This document shows, one piece after another, positions 62,331 through 64,000 of a stretch of DNA of 64,000 bases. Source of the stretch: Pseudomonadota bacterium (lineage in GTDB: Bacteria > Desulfobacterota > Desulfobulbia > Desulfobulbales > JAHJIY01); assembly GCA_018823175.1 (NCBI GenBank), contig JAHJIY010000004.1, positions 1,963 to 65,962 of the forward strand, written 5' to 3'. The notes beneath the pieces were generated by a model. That model was not told the origin of the DNA and did not search any database. It saw only the letters and a list, made by a program, of their open reading frames with translations. Both the position numbers and the translations under genes were made by a program. Position 1 is the stretch's first letter, and each line of letters begins with the position of its first letter.

Positions 62331-62699
62331 ATGAAGCCGAAAGTGGAACGAAGAAAATATAAAAGATACCAGGTAAAAAACGGGGCATATACCGTAAACT
62401 CGACCAAACCAGGCCTTATCATTGATATAGGCATGGGCGGACTTGCCTTTCGTTATATAGATAGAAAAGACTGGCCTGAAGAGTCATTTGAACTTGACAT
62501 TGTCTTTGACGATAAAGGTTTTCGTCTGGCGGCTATCCCTTACACCGTTGTTTCCGACAGCATCACCGACAACGACTTTTCATCTGAAAATATGGTAGTA
62601 AAAAGACGTAGTGTTCAATTCGGCAACCTTTCATCTGATCAAGTATCAAAATTGCAAAAATTCATCGACCATAACACCACTGCCGAAATAGTTTTATAA
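62331..62699 (+). CDS. PilZ-domain protein
   Basis: ERRKYKRY (RxxxR) plus DIGMGGLAF (DxSxxG-like) in a 122-aa ORF. Confidence 0.65.
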   Translation: MKPKVERRKYKRYQVKNGAYTVNSTKPGLIIDIGMGGLAFRYIDRKDWPEESFELDIVFDDKGFRLAAIPYTVVSDSITDNDFSSENMVVKRRSVQFGNLSSDQVSKLQKFIDHNTTAEIVL

Positions 62700-62844
62700 T
62701 CATTCCCCCCGCCTCTATTTGTCACCCCCTCTTTCCTGCTCGACATTTTCATTGAAACCAAAGTCATCATTGGAGTATTCTATTTTTTTGTTTTAATGTT
62801 TTACCTAACATTAACCGCCGGGAAGAAAACAACGCAGCAAGAAA

Positions 62845-62898
62845 GTTACGAGTAACAAACATAAAACTCGTTACTATTTATTAGTTATTTGTCACATT
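62845..62898. repeat. Dispersed heptad-family element containing GTTACTATTTA
   Basis: GTTACGAGTAAC is a 5+5 inverted repeat at 62845-62856. CTCGTTACTATTTATTAGTTATTTGTCACATT (62867-62898) follows, with the 11-mer GTTACTATTTA at 62870-62880. Confidence 0.75.
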
Positions 62899-63020
62899 CA
62901 AATAAAACTGACTTCATTCATTACACAACTTTTTTTTGGAATTTAATTACGGGCTAAATCCTGACAGTTAAAAAGCCGTAAAATAAATATCTCACAAAAC
63001 ACAAAATCACGGAGTGGATA

Positions 63021-64000
63021 ATGGGAACAGACAATATCGTATTTCTTGAAGTCATCGAATGGTTTGACGAAACCGGCCATGAACTTGTCCATCGTATCCC
63101 GGCCAAAGGTTCCGGCGAAATAAAATTCGGCGCCCAGTTGACGATCAGGGAAAGCCAGGCTGGTATCCTGTTTTACGAGGGCAAGGCCTGCGACGCTTTT
63201 GGCCCAGGCCGCCACACTTTAAAAACCGGCAATATTCCAATTCTGACCAAAATACTTTCCCTGCCGTGGGCCGCGACCAGCCCTCTGCGGGCCGAGGTCT
63301 ATTTCGCCAATCTCAAGATATTCACCAACCTGAAATGGGGCACCAGAGATCCGGTGGCCTTCAAGGACTCGGAACTAGGACTTATCCGCCTTCGGGCCCA
63401 CGGGGTTTTCAATATTCAGATAGTGCAACCGGTGTTGTTCATCAACACCATGGTGGGCACGATGGGTCGAATCAGCACCGAAGAGATCGAGGAATACCTG
63501 AAAAGAGTCATCGTCTCGCGCTTTAACGATTATCTGGGAGAAAAGCTCGACAGCATACTGAATCTGCCCGGTCACTATGATGAATTATCGGCAGATCTGC
63601 AGAAACGTCTGCACGAAGACTTCAGCCATTTCGGCCTGAACCTTACCCAACTCTATATCACCTCCATTACACCGCCACCCGAGGTCCAAAAAACCATCGA
63701 TGACAAAAGCCGACTGGGGGTCATTCAGGACTTGGACCGTTTAGTCAAACTTAAAGCCGCCTCGGCCATGGAAAAAGCATCCGAGTCATCCGGGGAAGCA
63801 GGTTCCGGACTGGGAATGGGAATGGGCCTGATGATGCCGGCCATGTTTTCCGGTATGTTCAATAATGCCAACTCCCAACCGCAGAATCAAACACCGACTC
63901 ACCCGGAAACCCAATGCCCTGACTGCCACCTTTCCATCCCAGGCGATGCTAAATTCTGTCCGTTTTGTGGACATCAGCAGGTGGTATTCAGTCAATGCAA
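63021..64000 (+). CDS. SPFH/Band-7 domain protein (YdjI-like) with a C-terminal zinc ribbon; the 3' end lies beyond the window
   Basis: Missing from the ORF track because there is no stop codon in the window. The ATG at 63021 has a GGAG 6 nt upstream. My translation reads MGTDNIVFLEVIEWFDETGHELVHRIPAKGSGEIKFGAQLTIRESQAGILFYEGKACDAFGPGRH...LRAHGVFNIQIV...ITSITPPPEVQKTIDDKS...CPDCHLSIPGDAKFCPFCGH. Confidence 0.7.
   Translation, partial: MGTDNIVFLEVIEWFDETGHELVHRIPAKGSGEIKFGAQLTIRESQAGILFYEGKACDAFGPGRHTLKTGNIPILTKILSLPWAATSPLRAEVYFANLKIFTNLKWGTRDPVAFKDSELGLIRLRAHGVFNIQIVQPVLFINTMVGTMGRISTEEIEEYLKRVIVSRFNDYLGEKLDSILNLPGHYDELSADLQKRLHEDFSHFGLNLTQLYITSITPPPEVQKTIDDKSRLGVIQDLDRLVKLKAASAMEKASESSGEAGSGLGMGMGLMMPAMFSGMFNNANSQPQNQTPTHPETQCPDCHLSIPGDAKFCPFCGHQQVVFSQC

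Noticed and set aside
62943-63215. A 90-aa minus-strand ORF, plus 63266-63526 (+), 63375-63575 (-) and 63786-63995 (-).
   Set aside because: They overlap, or are out of frame with, the plus-strand SPFH/YdjI-like gene starting at 63021. That gene has a good ribosome-binding site and clear family motifs but is missing from the track because it lacks a stop codon in the window.
1-64000. A search for mobile elements, prophage genes, toxin-antitoxin pairs, restriction-modification systems, CRISPR-Cas or other defence systems.
   Set aside because: No translation showed transposase, integrase, recombinase, nuclease/helicase defence-type, methyltransferase (other than TrmL and radical SAM) or phage structural motifs. 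The window looks like core chromosome plus envelope accessory genes.

Overview
This is a 64-kb chromosomal window of roughly 48-50% GC (judged by eye). Gene content looks like a Desulfobacterota (deltaproteobacterial) anaerobe: a Geobacter-type citramalate synthase next to lysC, lpxB with a Gfo/Idh/MocA gene, metF, and many envelope proteins. That taxonomic call is inference only. I support about 45 protein genes. I found no rRNA or tRNA genes, no CRISPR array, no transposase or integrase, and no recognisable defence genes. Six things stand out. (1) A monocistronic 8.7-kb gene encodes a secreted multiheme cytochrome c of about 2,890 aa. By manual count it has about 63 heme-attachment motifs, an internally duplicated 8-heme module, and a heme-free Ig/cadherin-like C-terminal region of about 690 aa. 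(2) Two families of strictly phased heptanucleotide tandem repeats fill several intergenic regions. One is T[GT][GA]AGG[TC], which is Shine-Dalgarno-like and rich in GG tracts. The other is GTCACT[CT] with its complement AGT[GA]AC. They include 273-bp and 301-bp arrays that start right after stop codons, an inverted SD/anti-SD-like hairpin just upstream of a start codon, and an 11-mer core present at four loci. (3) A 9-kb cluster (35.4-44.8 kb) encodes only envelope proteins. It holds a novel A-B-B-A lipoprotein with two CXXCH motifs and conserved His/Cys/Met motifs, two ATPase-less LolC/E-like FtsX permeases with a conserved vicinal Cys-Cys, an acyltransferase-3, a DUF1566 protein, a TPR lipoprotein and a porin. 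A shared CGACAnTGTGGTAC operator-like motif sits at both ends. (4) An amino-acid dehydrogenase, two tandem PcaB/adenylosuccinate-lyase-type paralogs and an RcnA-like Ni/Co exporter lie together; the exporter's His-rich loop carries a perfect 81-bp tandem duplication. (5) A polyprenyl-phosphate-type glycosylation cluster includes a B12-radical SAM enzyme. (6) A PilZ / zinc-ribbon / PilZ / SPFH group lies at the right edge. All functions are assigned from motifs read in the translations; no database search was possible.
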